From: Macrostomum lignano
Lineage: Eukaryota
Reading direction: 5' to 3'
Length of the DNA stretch: 64,000 bases
NCBI GenBank assembly: GCA_002269645.1
Contig: NIVC01001282.1
Span: 81,575 to 145,574, forward strand
Numbering within the stretch: the stretch's first letter is position 1; each line of letters begins with the position of its first letter. The notes beneath the pieces are model-generated. The model had not been told where the DNA came from, made no database searches, and worked only from the letters and a program-made list of their open reading frames with translations. The position numbers and the translations under genes are program-made. Positions 12,038 to 24,763 of the stretch are shown here, piece after piece.

Positions 12038-15000
12038 ATGTTCGTGTGGAGGTTGTGCAGCCTAATTCACAAGAGAAAGCTTCTTGTTGAAGAGGAGCGC
12101 CGGCTGAACCGCGTCAGCCAGGATCCGATCGCGATCGAGCAGTTTGTGAACGAATTTCGCAGACGGTGCAAAGCTAAGGAGTTGCAGTACGAGTTCAAGG
12201 TAGCTCTGAACTGTTCTTGAATAAGGAGCTGCTGTACCATTGGGGTCTGAAGCTGTGAGGAGATGCTGCAGGTGACTGAAGCTGTGAGGAGATGCTGCAG
12301 GTGACTGAAGCTGCGTGAGGAGATGCTGCAGGTGACTGAAGCTGTGAGAGGAGATGCTGCAGGTGACTGAAGCTGTGAGGAGATGCTGCAGGTGACTGAA
12401 GCTGTGAGATTCTGCAGGTGACTGAAGCTGTGAGGAGATGCTGCAGGTGACTGAAGCTGTGAGGAGATGCTGCAGGTGACTGAAGCTGTGAGAGGAGATG
12501 CTGCAGGTGACTGAAGCTGTGAGGGGTAGAGGACGAGCGACTTTTCATTTTTAAAAAGCAATCAAAGTTTTTTCAGGCCATCGAGCTCATCTCAGTTGGC
12601 GACAAGCAGTCGGTGAGTCCAATTTGAACCCATTTGATACGGCAAAAATAAATCTGTGGGAATATTACCCGAGTCTGGGACTTCTTTACAACGTGAATCT
12701 ATTTTTGTTGAAATTCGAGCCTCAAAACAGCAGGTAGAAAGCATCGCTGCTTTGTTAGAAGAGTGCAGCTCAGAAAAATCACTGGGATCACAGGGATATT
12801 TCTGTCACAAAGAGCCCCTCCGCCAGTGTCGCATTCCCACCTGAAATTCAGACGAAAATCCGCAGCGAAGGCAAGCACAAGATCGCTTTGGCTGCCAAGC
12901 GCGCCTGCAATCGAGCCAAGAACCTCACGGAACGGGTGCTGCCCTGTGAGTTGCGACAAAATTTGTCGGGGAAATTCCGAAAATACGAGCTAGCTTGCCA
13001 TATATTATCCCAAAATCCCAAATCGTCCCAAGCAAACTGACACGAGAATCGTTTTTCAAAGCCCATTTTCTGACGGCCGTCTTGCAGACGAACGCAACAT
13101 TGTCCATTTGGATCAGTATTTGGACCAACCCGCCGCCGACCCAGGCAACGACGCAGCCGCGTGTAGTCATGGCAACGAGCCGTATATCAACGCGAGCTGG
13201 ATTGACGTGAGCATCACGGATGCCAATGCTTTGTGCTACACACTTGGCTTTGTGTGAGAGTGTCCTGTTTTAAGTCGTTAATCAGATCAAGTAATTACTG
13301 AAAAATCTTCAAAGAGTGAGTCTGTTATAATTACGAGTATAACCACTAAACGGACAGACTCTATTATGCTTCAGAAGAAAGGCGCGCGATTTCGGTTTTG
13401 ATCTTAGGAGCAACACACTCGGGTTTGAGTTGTGAGGCGTCAATAATATGTTGAGAAACTCATTCACACTATATTATAGCCATAGGCGGAGAGTCGCGCT
13501 CTTGTGATTCTCCCTGACGCTTCTTCACTTCTAAACAGGAACTGGGCCACTGATGTATTGAGGACGTTGCCAAGACTCCCGTGCTATGAGGCTGCTCACT
13601 TATTAAAGAAATAATCGGTGAAGAGCTGATTAAGCATATCAGAATTTGACTTTGCACTGGCTACAGTACGAGCGTATATGCAGTGTGTGCAAGCATTGGC
13701 ATGTGATGTCAACTTGGATTTGTCTGGGTCTTCCTTACTGGTAGATTAAAAGGGTCCAACATGTTTGCCCCGTTGGTAACTTGTCCTCCAAATGTCTGTC
13801 CCGTGTTGTGTATTACAGCAAAATTACAGTGGAGAGGCTTGTACGAGCGTAGCCTAGTGGTTAGAGTGTCAGACTCGCGACTGATACGTCGTGAGTTCGA
13901 TTCTCGACCCACTTGGAAAAATTTGTGTCCTTGAGCAAGACTTTTAACTCTGCACTGCTTCAGTTCACCCAGCTGTAGAATGGGTGCCTGCATTAGCTGG
14001 GGTAATCGAGGCTGTGTGTGGCGACCCCCCAGTCCTTGGACTGAACAGCCGTACGCAGCCTTCAGATACGCCGCGCAATAGCTGCGGCTGAGCTGTCGGT
14101 TGCACATCTGCCCATTAGGACAGGTGTAATAAATTATTGTTCTTATTATGTGCATTACAAATATAAATGACAAATACGTTTTCAGCCGGTGTCCCAGATT
14201 AAAGACAGTATCATTTTGTTATTCGATTGTGGCAACAGGTGTTCATGGAGCCCCTCACAACCAAATTGGATTCCAGGGCTACAAGCACCCGAAGAAGTTC
14301 ATAGCAGCGCAAGGCCCGCTCTCCGCTACTAAAGCGGACTTCTGGCAGATGGTGTGGCAATATCAAGTACAGTGCATCGTCATGACTACCAACCTGTTTG
14401 AGCACGCCAGGGTATGTCTGATTCTGTGAGAAATGAGCTATAGGATGGCGGGAATTATTTGCACCAAGTCCAGTGGTTGGTATTCGAGAAAAGGAAAGCG
14501 AAAAGTTGAGTCCATATGGATTTAGCCGTGCTCAGGTCCGGGCACTTGACTTTACTCTTTCATGGTTTTGAGTTGAAGGCGCGGTTCGATCCGAGTCAGA
14601 GCTCAGCTCGTCACGCCGGACTTCAGAAGTGACAGGAGCTGCTAACTGAGCCATATGGTTTGCGCCAAGTCTGACTCCCGCTATTCCCCTGAGTATGTGG
14701 CCAGACTGCAGCTCTGTTAGAGACGACCGCAGAGTTCACGCAGCCCCAGAGACCGATTTGTCCTTCTCCGGTTAAAAAAATTTAGCCTTTCAATTTGCAT
14801 GAAAAAAATTCATTAATTCCTTTTGCCATTTCACATTTCTGGAAAATTCCTTCCGTCGGTGTTGCAACTCAAGAAAATCCATCAAACTTCTGGGCGAACT
14901 TCTTCAGCGCTTACTGCCTGGTCCTGAGTCTTGAGCACTCGCCCACCTCATGCCTGGATGACGTGTACAGTGTTTGTTTGCAAGAAAGTGGTTTTAAATA

Positions 15001-18000
15001 GACAGGTGCATCACAGAATAAGCTTCATATCAATGAGCAGATCACAAGACTCTAAGATAAGTTTCAACAATTAGAACAGTGTCGAACGGAGACGTTCGTC
15101 AGGCTTGGCTATAAGCTACACTCGTGGAACCCATCGATGCTGGAGGCAGAGGCTGCTTACGTTTTGTTACCGCGGAAGCAGTACTCCTGTAGTTTAATTG
15201 CCGCATCGCAACAATAAAAAGTTTCCACGATCTCATCGAATTCATTTATCAGCAACAGTGCGACAAGTACTGGCACAATGTCCACGCCATTTCATTCATC
15301 AGCACAATGTCCACGCCATTTCATTCATCAGCACAATGTCCACGCCATTTCATTCATCAGCAACAGTGCGACAAGCACTGGCACAATGTCCACGCCATTT
15401 CATTCATCAGCAACAGTGCGACAAGCACTGGCACAATGTCCACGCCATTTCATTCATCAGCAACAGTGCGACAAGCACTGGCACAATGTCCACGCCATTT
15501 CATTCATCAGCAACAGTGCGACAAGTACTGGCACAATGTCCACGCCATTTCATACTCATCAGCAACAGTGCGACAAGTACTGGCACAATGTCCACGCCAG
15601 ATTCAACAGCCTGGACGTCTGGCTTGACGAACTCTACTCAACAGCCGAATACGAGATGCGCCTCTTCAGGCTGCAGATGGTGAGCTGAAATCTTTGCATT
15701 TTTATCGAGCGTTACCAAATATGAAACAAAAACAATCGCTTCTGCCTGGGCGTCCAGGGCGAGGACAGCAGCCAGGCCAGGATCATCAGGCAGTTCCAGT
15801 TCAAGAACTGGAGTCACTTCGACACGCCGCTGCCAACCACCGTGGTTGAAATTCGGCGTAAAGTCAACGACTGGATGCGTGGCAAGGACGCGCCCATTGT
15901 GGTGCACTGCAGGTGCGGCCATTTTTTACCGCAGCTCGTCTTCATTTAATCAACGCACTTGCTCAGGGGCTTCAAACTAGTTAATTACAGTTTCTTCTTG
16001 TCAAAACATTTTTTTATGTTTTTGCCTGTCTTGTCTCAGCCTCTCAAGCGTGCGCCGAATGGTTGATCCGAGTTTATTCTTTGTCTTGTTGGCTTCGATT
16101 CCTCACGCCTTAGAGAGGCCCGGCAGTTAATTCGCAAATCCAAAGGGCTGGAAAGAGATTAGCCTACCCTTGCAGGGTAATCCTTTCTAAGACAAGGACA
16201 TTTAATCAGAAGGCTTCCATGCAGTTAATCAATGTAGTCGAAACAACTTATCATCAATTTTATCCTTCAACACTCTAGAATAGACTGCATAGATCATATT
16301 TGCTCAAAAAATCAGATGTCCATATATGGAAGTGCTTGTCCATGTTTAAGTTTTTAGTTTTAGGTTCTAGCTGGGGTAATTGAGGGTGTGTGTGGCGACC
16401 CCCGAGTCCTTTGACTGAACAGCCGTTCGCAGCCTTCAGATGCACCTCGCAATAGCTGGGGCTGAGCTGTCGGTTGCACATCTGCCTATTAGGGCAGGTG
16501 TAATAAATTATTATCATTATTATTAACAATCAAACAATCTTTGATGGTTTCACACTATCCACGTGAAACTATAGGGCCGCCATCGTTACATGTCCATCGT
16601 TGCATAAACAATAAATTTCGCAGCGACGGGGCCGGCCGCACGGGCACGTACATCTGCATCGACATCGAGATCAGCAAGGTGGAGAACGGCAAGCCAGTTG
16701 ACATTCTGCAGCAGACGCTGGCTCTGCGCAAAGCCCGATCAGGACTGGTTGGCAACATGCACCAATATCGCTTCATCTACGAGACAATCTGCAGCTTCAT
16801 CACCTGCCGGCCAACCACAATTAAAGCGTTTGAGTTTGCTCAACTGGTGGAGCGGATGTCGTCGGATGCGGCCGCAGCATCGTCGACTAACGCCGCAATA
16901 ATTTCGGCTAAGAAGAAAGCGGCAAAATTCACAGTAAGTTTGGATTCGTGCCTGCGTCTTTTCATAATCAAGGGCGAATAATCAAGAACGAGTCCCAGAT
17001 TATTGCAACTTATTACTACTGTTACTACGAATATTTTTGTTTGTTGTAACTGAACGGACTTATGCAGTTACAAATAGCCTAAGGGTACTTTCCATCAAAG
17101 TCAACGCATCGATTCGAAGTGCTTGACATTCAAGAGTCTTGATAAGGCCAGTAAATATAATACTACAGATTTCCTGGAAACAACCATTCAATTTTGCGAG
17201 ATCTTGTAATAATCTTCCATGTGTAATAAACCACTGAAACGAGGAGATACTCTATGGCAAAATCTCCTCGGCTTCGTCGTTTTTTTGTTGGTGGCGAATG
17301 CGGCGACTTGGATCGCGACATTCTGCTCGACGACGACGACGAAGCCTCGGAGATTCTGCATAGAGTATCTCCTCGTTTCAGTGGTTTATTACACATGGAA
17401 TTGTGGAATTTTTGTGCTAAAACCTCTGCTACATGGCAGGGGAGGGGCTGATGAATTCTAGAATTCTAAAAGGACCACGAAGGGGCCGCGTGATTTTATG
17501 GCTGATGCAGATGTCTGCTTGGATTCTAAGATAGAATGTCGGGAAACCTGGCCGCTCTCTTATCTCTGCTTAAAACCAGGGATTAACCCATTTTCTTCTG
17601 TGTCTCCTCACTCATCCGCCTACTTCCGCACTGCCAACTCGCAGCAGAACGGCTTCCAACTGGAGTTCGCCAATTTGACGGCCATCGTGAAGTCGCTCAG
17701 CGTCGGGGAGTGCGCCGGCGGGCATCGGGCCGAGAATCGGTGGAAAAGCCGGGACGTCATGGTGCAGCCGCGTCAGAGTCTTTAAATTGTTGCGCGCGGG
17801 TTGCCGGGCTTAAAGAGGCGGGCGGTGAGGGTGATCAGTTAGGCTGTGTCTGCGATGAGTTAGAGCTGGGTCTGGTAAGGTGCAAATTAAGCTAAGGTGT
17901 ACCAAATGAGTCTGTCTATAAAATTGTAAAATTGGTCAAAAGGCCAGACTTCAAACAAGTAAAAATTGAGCAATTTCGGAGCAAACACTAACCATGGATA

Positions 18001-21000
18001 TGCACTCTAAGGAAGAGGCTGGAGCGACACGCCATATTCACTTTGTGGAGCATCGGAGTAAATTTATTGATTTTTGATTCATCAATATCTCAGAGCATGC
18101 ATCACTGCCAAATTTCATTCCAAGGTCATGCAAAAAAGTGCAGCTTTAATGCTGTAGTAAAGTATCACTACTTTCAGCCAGGTGTATCAATTGAGTCCTG
18201 CCTGTGTCTACTAGGGGTTCAATTTATGTCTGATTACCGGGGTCAAATTAGGTCAAATTTTCCGTATCTGCCAGCGGATCAACTGCAAGTCACTTGTGTT
18301 TAGTTTGCACTTACTTGGGCTATAGACTGGGTTTCTAGGGTGAACCAGTCCGGTCAGCAGCTGTACGACTGCCTGCATGCACTCATATTTTCAGCGGAGC
18401 GGGCCAGACCCTACCTGCTGACACACGACTGCGCCTCAAGCACCGATTTCATCAATGCCGTGTACATCGACGTGAGCAATTGGTTTTATTTTTCTAGGAA
18501 CCACATGGAGGAACAGAAAACTCTGCTAACTGTCACCCACCGCAAAATTTCAGGGTCACACCAGGTCAAACCAGTACATTGTCACCCAGTGGCCGCTGCG
18601 GAACACGATATGCGACTTCTGGAAGCTGGTCAACGATCATCACGTGGCGGTGGTCGTGCTGCTTGTGGACTATTCCAATAGCTCAAGGGTGAATTGAAGG
18701 CTTGTTGTGTTGAATTTACATTTTACAGTGTTGAAATTTGCTTCAAACAATTACACTAATCAAACCTTTCTGAGACATCCGTAGGTACCGAAATACCAGG
18801 CATCTTTTGTCTGCAAAGTCTTTCCAGACTTTCATAACGCTATGACCCTGGCACACTTTAAGCGACATTGTCCCACAACCGGCAAGAGGCATTACTGTCC
18901 ATTCCGCCGACTCCCCTGAGCAGGCACACAGGCGCGCGGATACGTACGCAATCATACGCACAGGCACACACTCACACGGGAGTGTACAGCGGCCCAAACT
19001 TTATTTATCGTTAGGCATGTACACTTCACTGTGCCTTGGGGCTTGGGCCTCAAGTGCGTTAATTGCACGAGCAGAGCCAAGACGAGATTCGAATTCAGCT
19101 CCAAATTAATGTGTTATGGAAGCGAGCATGGGCTCTGTGCTAGACCACTGGGCTACCCCCCCCCCCCGCCTGTCGTGGGTTTTAGGTAGCAAAACTGACC
19201 TAGCAATGCAACACTAAATAATCAATAAATCATGGCACCTGCAACCCAACTCCCATCAATCAGAGCTATCCCAGATTCTGGCCGAACGCCAGGAACGAAG
19301 AGACTGGCTACGGCTCCGTCTACGTGATCCTGCAGGACCAGTTCAGCGTTGGCACCAGCATCCGGGTTCGCATGCACACGGTTGCCAAGGTGATCAGAAA
19401 AGAATGCCACCTAGGTTTTTGTGTGTATGCAGCGGAGCTTTAGCAAACCTTAAAGAGATTGCACAGACCAATTAAAATCCATGCACAGAAAGCCTAAAAC
19501 CAATGCAAGCCGCCGCCTTCGATCCTGAGCAGCAGGCAGGCAGTTGCAGCACCGGCCTCTCGCAGCGGGCCCGTCACGTGGCCTTTCTTTGCCTGGACGG
19601 CGCCAGCTGGCCGGCCGGAGCTCGCGCGCCCGCTTCCGGACACGGCCTGTTGGAGCTGGTCTGCCTGGCTGAGGAGACAAACCAAGCCATGGAGTGCACC
19701 AGCCCCATCCTGGTTGTGAGCAGGTGAGTAAAATGAGCTTTCATCTCGCTACAGTTGATTCCGGGGCCTGGGATCACCTAAGAGTCATTGATAGGGCATT
19801 TTTGCAACACATGAACACGTTTAAGTGTGACAATAAACTAACGATTGATTGCAAATTTTGCTTGATCCTTATTTGGATATTGAGAATTTCAAATTTTAAA
19901 AACAGTCGGCCGTATAGTTATGTTAAAAACAGCAACAAATACGTTGTCACCCTGTCAAAAGAGCCATGAAAGGTAAAGACAACGTCACAGCGTACAACAT
20001 CACAGGGGACAACGTCACAGGGGACAACGTCACAGGGGACAACGTCACAGGGGACAACGTGACAACGTCACAGGGGACAACGTCACAGGGGACAACGTCA
20101 CAGGGGACAACGTGACAACGTCACAGGGGACAACGTCACAGGGGACAACGTCACAGGGGACAACGTCACAGGGGACAACGTCACAGGGGACAACGTCACA
20201 GGGGACAACGTCACAGGGGACAACGTCACAGGGGACAACGTGACAATGTCACAGGAGATAACGTCGCAGGGGACAACGTCACAGGGGACAACAATTAGTC
20301 TGTTTATGTTAAGCAGTAGATTATTTTGATTAATTGGTGCATGATTAAGTTTACTGAGTAATTTCCTTAGACATTCGATCACTGACGCATCGATCGGCGA
20401 TCCGTTGATTCTCTTGCATCGACTCATCTGTCAGTCAAGAGTTGCAGAATCCGCGCAGCTGTTCAAACTGCTCCATGCTGAGGTTGTTAGTGAGCAGGCT
20501 CCAGCACTGCAGCCAGCCATCGTAGGGTTCAATTCCCGTTGTCAAGCACCGGCCTATCAACAGGTCATTGTGAATAGTGAGCCAAGTAGAGTTTGTTGTA
20601 CGTATCTTAAGGCTCAAATATTTATTGTTCAGCGTGGAACCGTTGAAAAAGGCCTGACTGTCAAAGCTGACACCGTTGAAGTTGATTCCGAAGCTGATGA
20701 CTTCCCCTCATGATGGCTTATGAGGGGAATCGCTGGGATGTCAAAGCTTTTCTGAGGCGTCAAGGCTTACCAGGGGGGGGGGGGGGGTAATTGCTGAGAT
20801 CTCAAGGCTGAGCGGTCGAAACCTACATGTAGTTTATTCAAAAAATTATTCCATTCTTTCCATTGGTTCCCCAATGGGGGCGCTGATTGCTAGTCAAATG
20901 CTGAATAAGTTGCATAACAGCTCCTATTGCTTACATTGGATTCGACATGAACTTTCCCTGGAAGAAGAAGGCAAATTTCTGTCCGTAGTAAAAGTGCTGG

Positions 21001-23281
21001 TAGAACCCCGGTGTCGATACTCTCACATAGGAACTGCTCGAGCCCGACAGACGGATTCCATCGACGCCATTCCGCTCGGAGATGTTCACTGGCTGGGCTG
21101 GGTACAGAGCCGGATTAGCGAGGTTTTTGAAGCCCTTCTTGAAGTTGTAGAACAGCTGAACTTTCGACCAGAAGCTGGGAGTTGCAGAAGTTGTCAAGTC
21201 AGTTGACCCAGTCGGCAGTTTTCGTCTGATGATCATCAGTTCGGCGTTGCACCTGCCAGCGTCAGCTGACTCAGATGGAAGACTGCAGCCTCCAGCCTCC
21301 AGCAGCCTCCACTGGCTGTCAGGTAGAGAGACATCCGGCACCCAGAGTCCAGTGTGCAGCGAAGTGCGCATTCGGAGTCGCTCGCCGCGGTCGCTGGTGG
21401 AGCTTCAGGCGGGACCGCAGGACAACCGCTGGTCACCAGCTCCAACGCGGCTGAGACGCTCTCGCTGCACCAGACTGAGCCGTCGCAGGTGACCAGAAAA
21501 AACAGGCAGCCAAGACAGGCCTTCATTTTACTTTGCTTCGTAAATTTTCAGTCGCAGTGAGTGGGTCGTCAGGCAGATCACAGGCTAACTCTCCTGAAAA
21601 TGTCTATTATGCATTTATGACATCCGGGGGGGTGGTTTTCTGCATTGTGTGCTCAATTACAATAGCGCACAACTTTCTCGTTGCAGTAATCATACCAACC
21701 CTGGTTCTAATCTAAAAGATAGTTGAAACGGCGCAAACTTTGCTTGATTGAAGCAAATATAGACTTGCAATGTTGACCGGGAGGAAAAACGTTTCTTAGC
21801 AAATTATAATGAAGAAAATTTGCTCAAGCAGGAAACAAAGTCACCTCATCCAGGAGTTTTTTCCAGGAGCTAAGTCAGTTAATCAGTTAGCAGCCAGAGG
21901 CTTGTGACCAACACGCTGTGCCTTTGAGGTTGGCCCTCATTGGCGTCAATCACACCGCCAATTTATGTGGCCCGAACCTCAAATTAATGTTGGCGCAAGA
22001 TTCCAAAGCAGAGCTCCCTTCCAAATGCAACGCCTGCCTTGCTTGGCTGTATCGCTCGCATTGCGTCTGCAAGATGCTTGCGAGAGCCCGCTGACAGATT
22101 TGTCAATATGAGAACAGCTTTTGCTTCTTAAATTTCACGAGTGCCATCAATCGAATAATGATCGATTTTTGTTTTGGTTTTCAAAATTCGTCTCCCATTC
22201 GAAACAGTAACGGCGTCTCTCGCTGCGGCCCGTTCTGCGTGCTGCACATGACCATGGACAAGCTGCGGTTTGAAGGCGAAATCGACATCTTCCGCGCGGT
22301 GGAGAAGGTGAAGCGGAACCGGCCGCAGCTGGTTGAAAATTCGGTGAGACTGCGCTCGTATGTGTGGCCGGCCTCTTCAATGCGAAAGCTTTACGACTTG
22401 TTAGTAGTGCTGACTTGACTAAACGAGTGCTGGGTTCTTAGCGTTCGTACATTGAAGAATTGGTTTGACTGAGTTCTTAGCGTGAGTACATTGAAAAGTT
22501 GGTTTGACTGAGTTCTTAGCGTGAGTACATTGAATAATTGGTTTGACTGGTTTCGGAGAGTGCGTACATTGAAAAGTTGGTTTGACTGGGTTCGGAGAGT
22601 GCGTACATTGAAGAATTGGTTTGACTGGGTTCGGAGCGTGCGTACATTGAATAATTGGTTTGACTGGGTTCGGAGCGTGCGTACATTGAATAATTGGTTT
22701 GACTGGGTTCGGAGCGTGCGTACATTGAATAATTGGTTTGACTTTGTTCGGAGCGTGCGTACATTGAAGAATTGGTTTGACTGGTTTCGGAGAGTGCGTA
22801 AATTGAAGGCCTGAATTGGCTTATGTACCTAATGGAGTTGGTTGGGTTGTGCTTGGGGCTCATGCAGATTAAAAAGATTTTGCTTTTTCCGAGCAAATTG
22901 TATCGCTCAAACTTCTTAGGCGCTACCCAAAACCCGCAGACGGAGTACGAGCTCTGCTTCAACCTGACCCGCCAGGCGCTGGGCTATTTCTACTCGGGTC
23001 GGCTGCAGATTCTGCCCGACCAGTCGCTGTGGCTGCAGCTGGAAGGCGAGAGCGGCGGGGTGCAGCTCGGGCTCGAAGGCGGCCTGCCGAGCCAAGTTGT
23101 CCGGCCGCGAGTTCGCGCCGCGCGTCCCGCCACGCTGGACGACTTCCGTTTTCCGGTGACGTCGAGACGCAACCGACGCAGGCGGAGGCGGCGCGCTGCC
23201 GACTTGGAGGGGACGGCGGCGGCATCGGGGGAGGCAGCTGCAGGCGTCGAGATTGAGACCGAGACGGCAGCGATGGTCTGA
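12038..23281 (+). CDS. Tandem-domain (D1-D2) protein tyrosine phosphatase, predicted pseudophosphatase, resembling the invertebrate Ptp36E type
   Basis: Exons: (12006 or 12038)..12199, 12577..12612, 12852..12945, 13088..13206, 14277..14411, 15563..15679, 15758..15912, 16624..16933, 17645..17771, 18395..18471, 18554..18688, 19264..19389 (3' edge uncertain), about 19489..19723, 22208..22343, 22940..23281. Motifs [38 protein letters not shown] (D1); [40 protein letters not shown] (D2). Phases agree except at the exon 12/13 junction. The Ptp36E resemblance is from memory and needs BLAST. Confidence 0.92.
12248..12522. repeat. 29-bp minisatellite in PTP intron 1
   Basis: Unit CTGAAGCTGTGAGGAGATGCTGCAGGTGA, about 9 copies. 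Confidence 0.95.
13845..14150 (+). mobile_element. tRNA-derived SINE (family B, CORE/MIR-like central segment), near full length
   Basis: A box TAGCCTAGTGG, B box GAGTTCGATTC, then GTGTCCTTGAGCAAGAC...CAGCTGTAGAATGGG resembling the CORE domain, and an AT-rich tail; copies at 16368, 27545 and 62660. Confidence 0.9.
15240..15599 (+). repeat. 50-bp (and 29-bp) tandem repeat made from the PTP exon-6 splice acceptor plus exon start
   Basis: Unit TTTCATTCATCAG|CAACAGTGCGACAAG(C/T)ACTGGCACAATGTCCACGCCA; 8 acceptor copies. Confidence 0.95.
16368..16525 (+). mobile_element. SINE family B, 5'-truncated
   Basis: Matches the 3' half of 13845-14150 (AGCTGGGGTAAT...CAGGTGTAATAAATTATT). Confidence 0.9.
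17215..17400. other. Long near-perfect inverted repeat (foldback) in PTP intron 8
   Basis: Arms 17215-17280 and 17336-17400; outer 42 bp perfectly complementary; 3 mismatches and 1 indel overall. Confidence 0.9.
18845..19156 (-). mobile_element. SINE family A copy
   Basis: Colinear with 8697-9052, with a rearranged tRNA head. Confidence 0.9.
19980..20290. repeat. 15-bp minisatellite
   Basis: Unit GTCACAGGGGACAAC, about 20 copies. Confidence 0.95.
20435..21526 (-). pseudogene. Nested antisense gene or pseudogene: signal peptide + PAN/apple-like + LamG (concanavalin-like) domain
   Basis: [16 protein letters not shown] signal peptide; [28 protein letters not shown]-like Cys pattern; LFYNF...[14 protein letters not shown] and FGINFNG...FFNG...LLIGR...[20 protein letters not shown] LamG-like; GT donor at 20934; frameshifts near 21270-21300 and 20704-20707; middle exon unresolved. 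Confidence 0.7.
22441..22808. repeat. 39-bp minisatellite in PTP intron 14
   Basis: Unit CGTACATTGAATAATTGGTTTGACTGGGTTCGGAGCGTG, about 9 copies. Confidence 0.95.
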
Positions 23282-23487
23282 AGTCCTTCTGGTAACTTAA
23301 GTTTTGACTTAATGAGCTCGTTTTTTTATTGTCCAAATCATTTTGAAAATATTTCTCAATCCCAAAATTTTACAAGCTCACACATTCAGATATCAGCACA
23401 CAGTTGATATCTGTGAAAATGAAAATAGCTATTGGTTTGAAACGTTGCGAAATTACTAGCATTGACAGTAGAAGCTAACAGACAAAG

Positions 23488-23853
23488 CTACAGCATTGAC
23501 AGCACAGCTACAGACATAGCTACAGCATTGACAGCACAGCTACAGACATAGCTACAGCATTGACAGCATAGCTACAGACATAGCTACAGCATTGACAGCA
23601 TAGCTACAGACATAGCTACAGCATTGACAGCATAGCTACAGACATAGCTACAGCATTGACAGCAAAGCTACAGACATAGCTACAGCATTGACAGCATAAC
23701 TACAGACATAGCTACAGCATTGACAGCATAGCTACAGACATAGCTACAGCATTGACAGCATAGCTACAGACATATTCATAGCTACAGCATTGACAGCATA
23801 GCTACAGACATAGCTACAGCATTGACAGCATAGCTACAGACATAGCTACAGCA
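23488..23853. repeat. 32-bp minisatellite
   Basis: Unit CAGCATTGACAGCATAGCTACAGACATAGCTA, about 11 copies. Confidence 0.95.
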
Positions 23854-24095
23854 TGTCAGGTCGACCCCAAAAATTTCCGACAAAATTTCAGAAAGAAAAT
23901 TTCGGAGCCATCAGGTTTTGTCGTACATTCAGTTAAATTCCGCGACGTCATGAGCATAAAAATTATTATTGCTTCATACGCTCATACCTACTCGCTTCTT
24001 TCATTCAGTAGCAATGATAGCGTTTGCTGCTTCGATTCTAATAAATATATTGTCAATTTTGCAATTTTTCATTAGTCGAATTACAGTAACAAATT

Positions 24096-24763
<668 letters not shown>

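Noticed and set aside
13845-13915. tRNA genes
   Set aside because: The A/B-box segments here and at 8990-9052, 27740-27792, 57349-57430 and 62880-62938 continue into SINE bodies or are decayed; no complete cloverleaf was seen.
15240-15560. CTGATGA-AT-GAAA on the minus strand of the acceptor repeat, resembling a minimal hammerhead ribozyme core
   Set aside because: Stem I cannot pair, stem III is only 3 bp, and the motif is simply the reverse complement of the splice acceptor TTTCATTCATCAG.
17163-17461. Three overlapping ORFs near 17.2-17.4 kb
   Set aside because: They come from the inverted repeat (both strands begin [12 protein letters not shown]), and PTP exons 8 and 9 join in phase without them.
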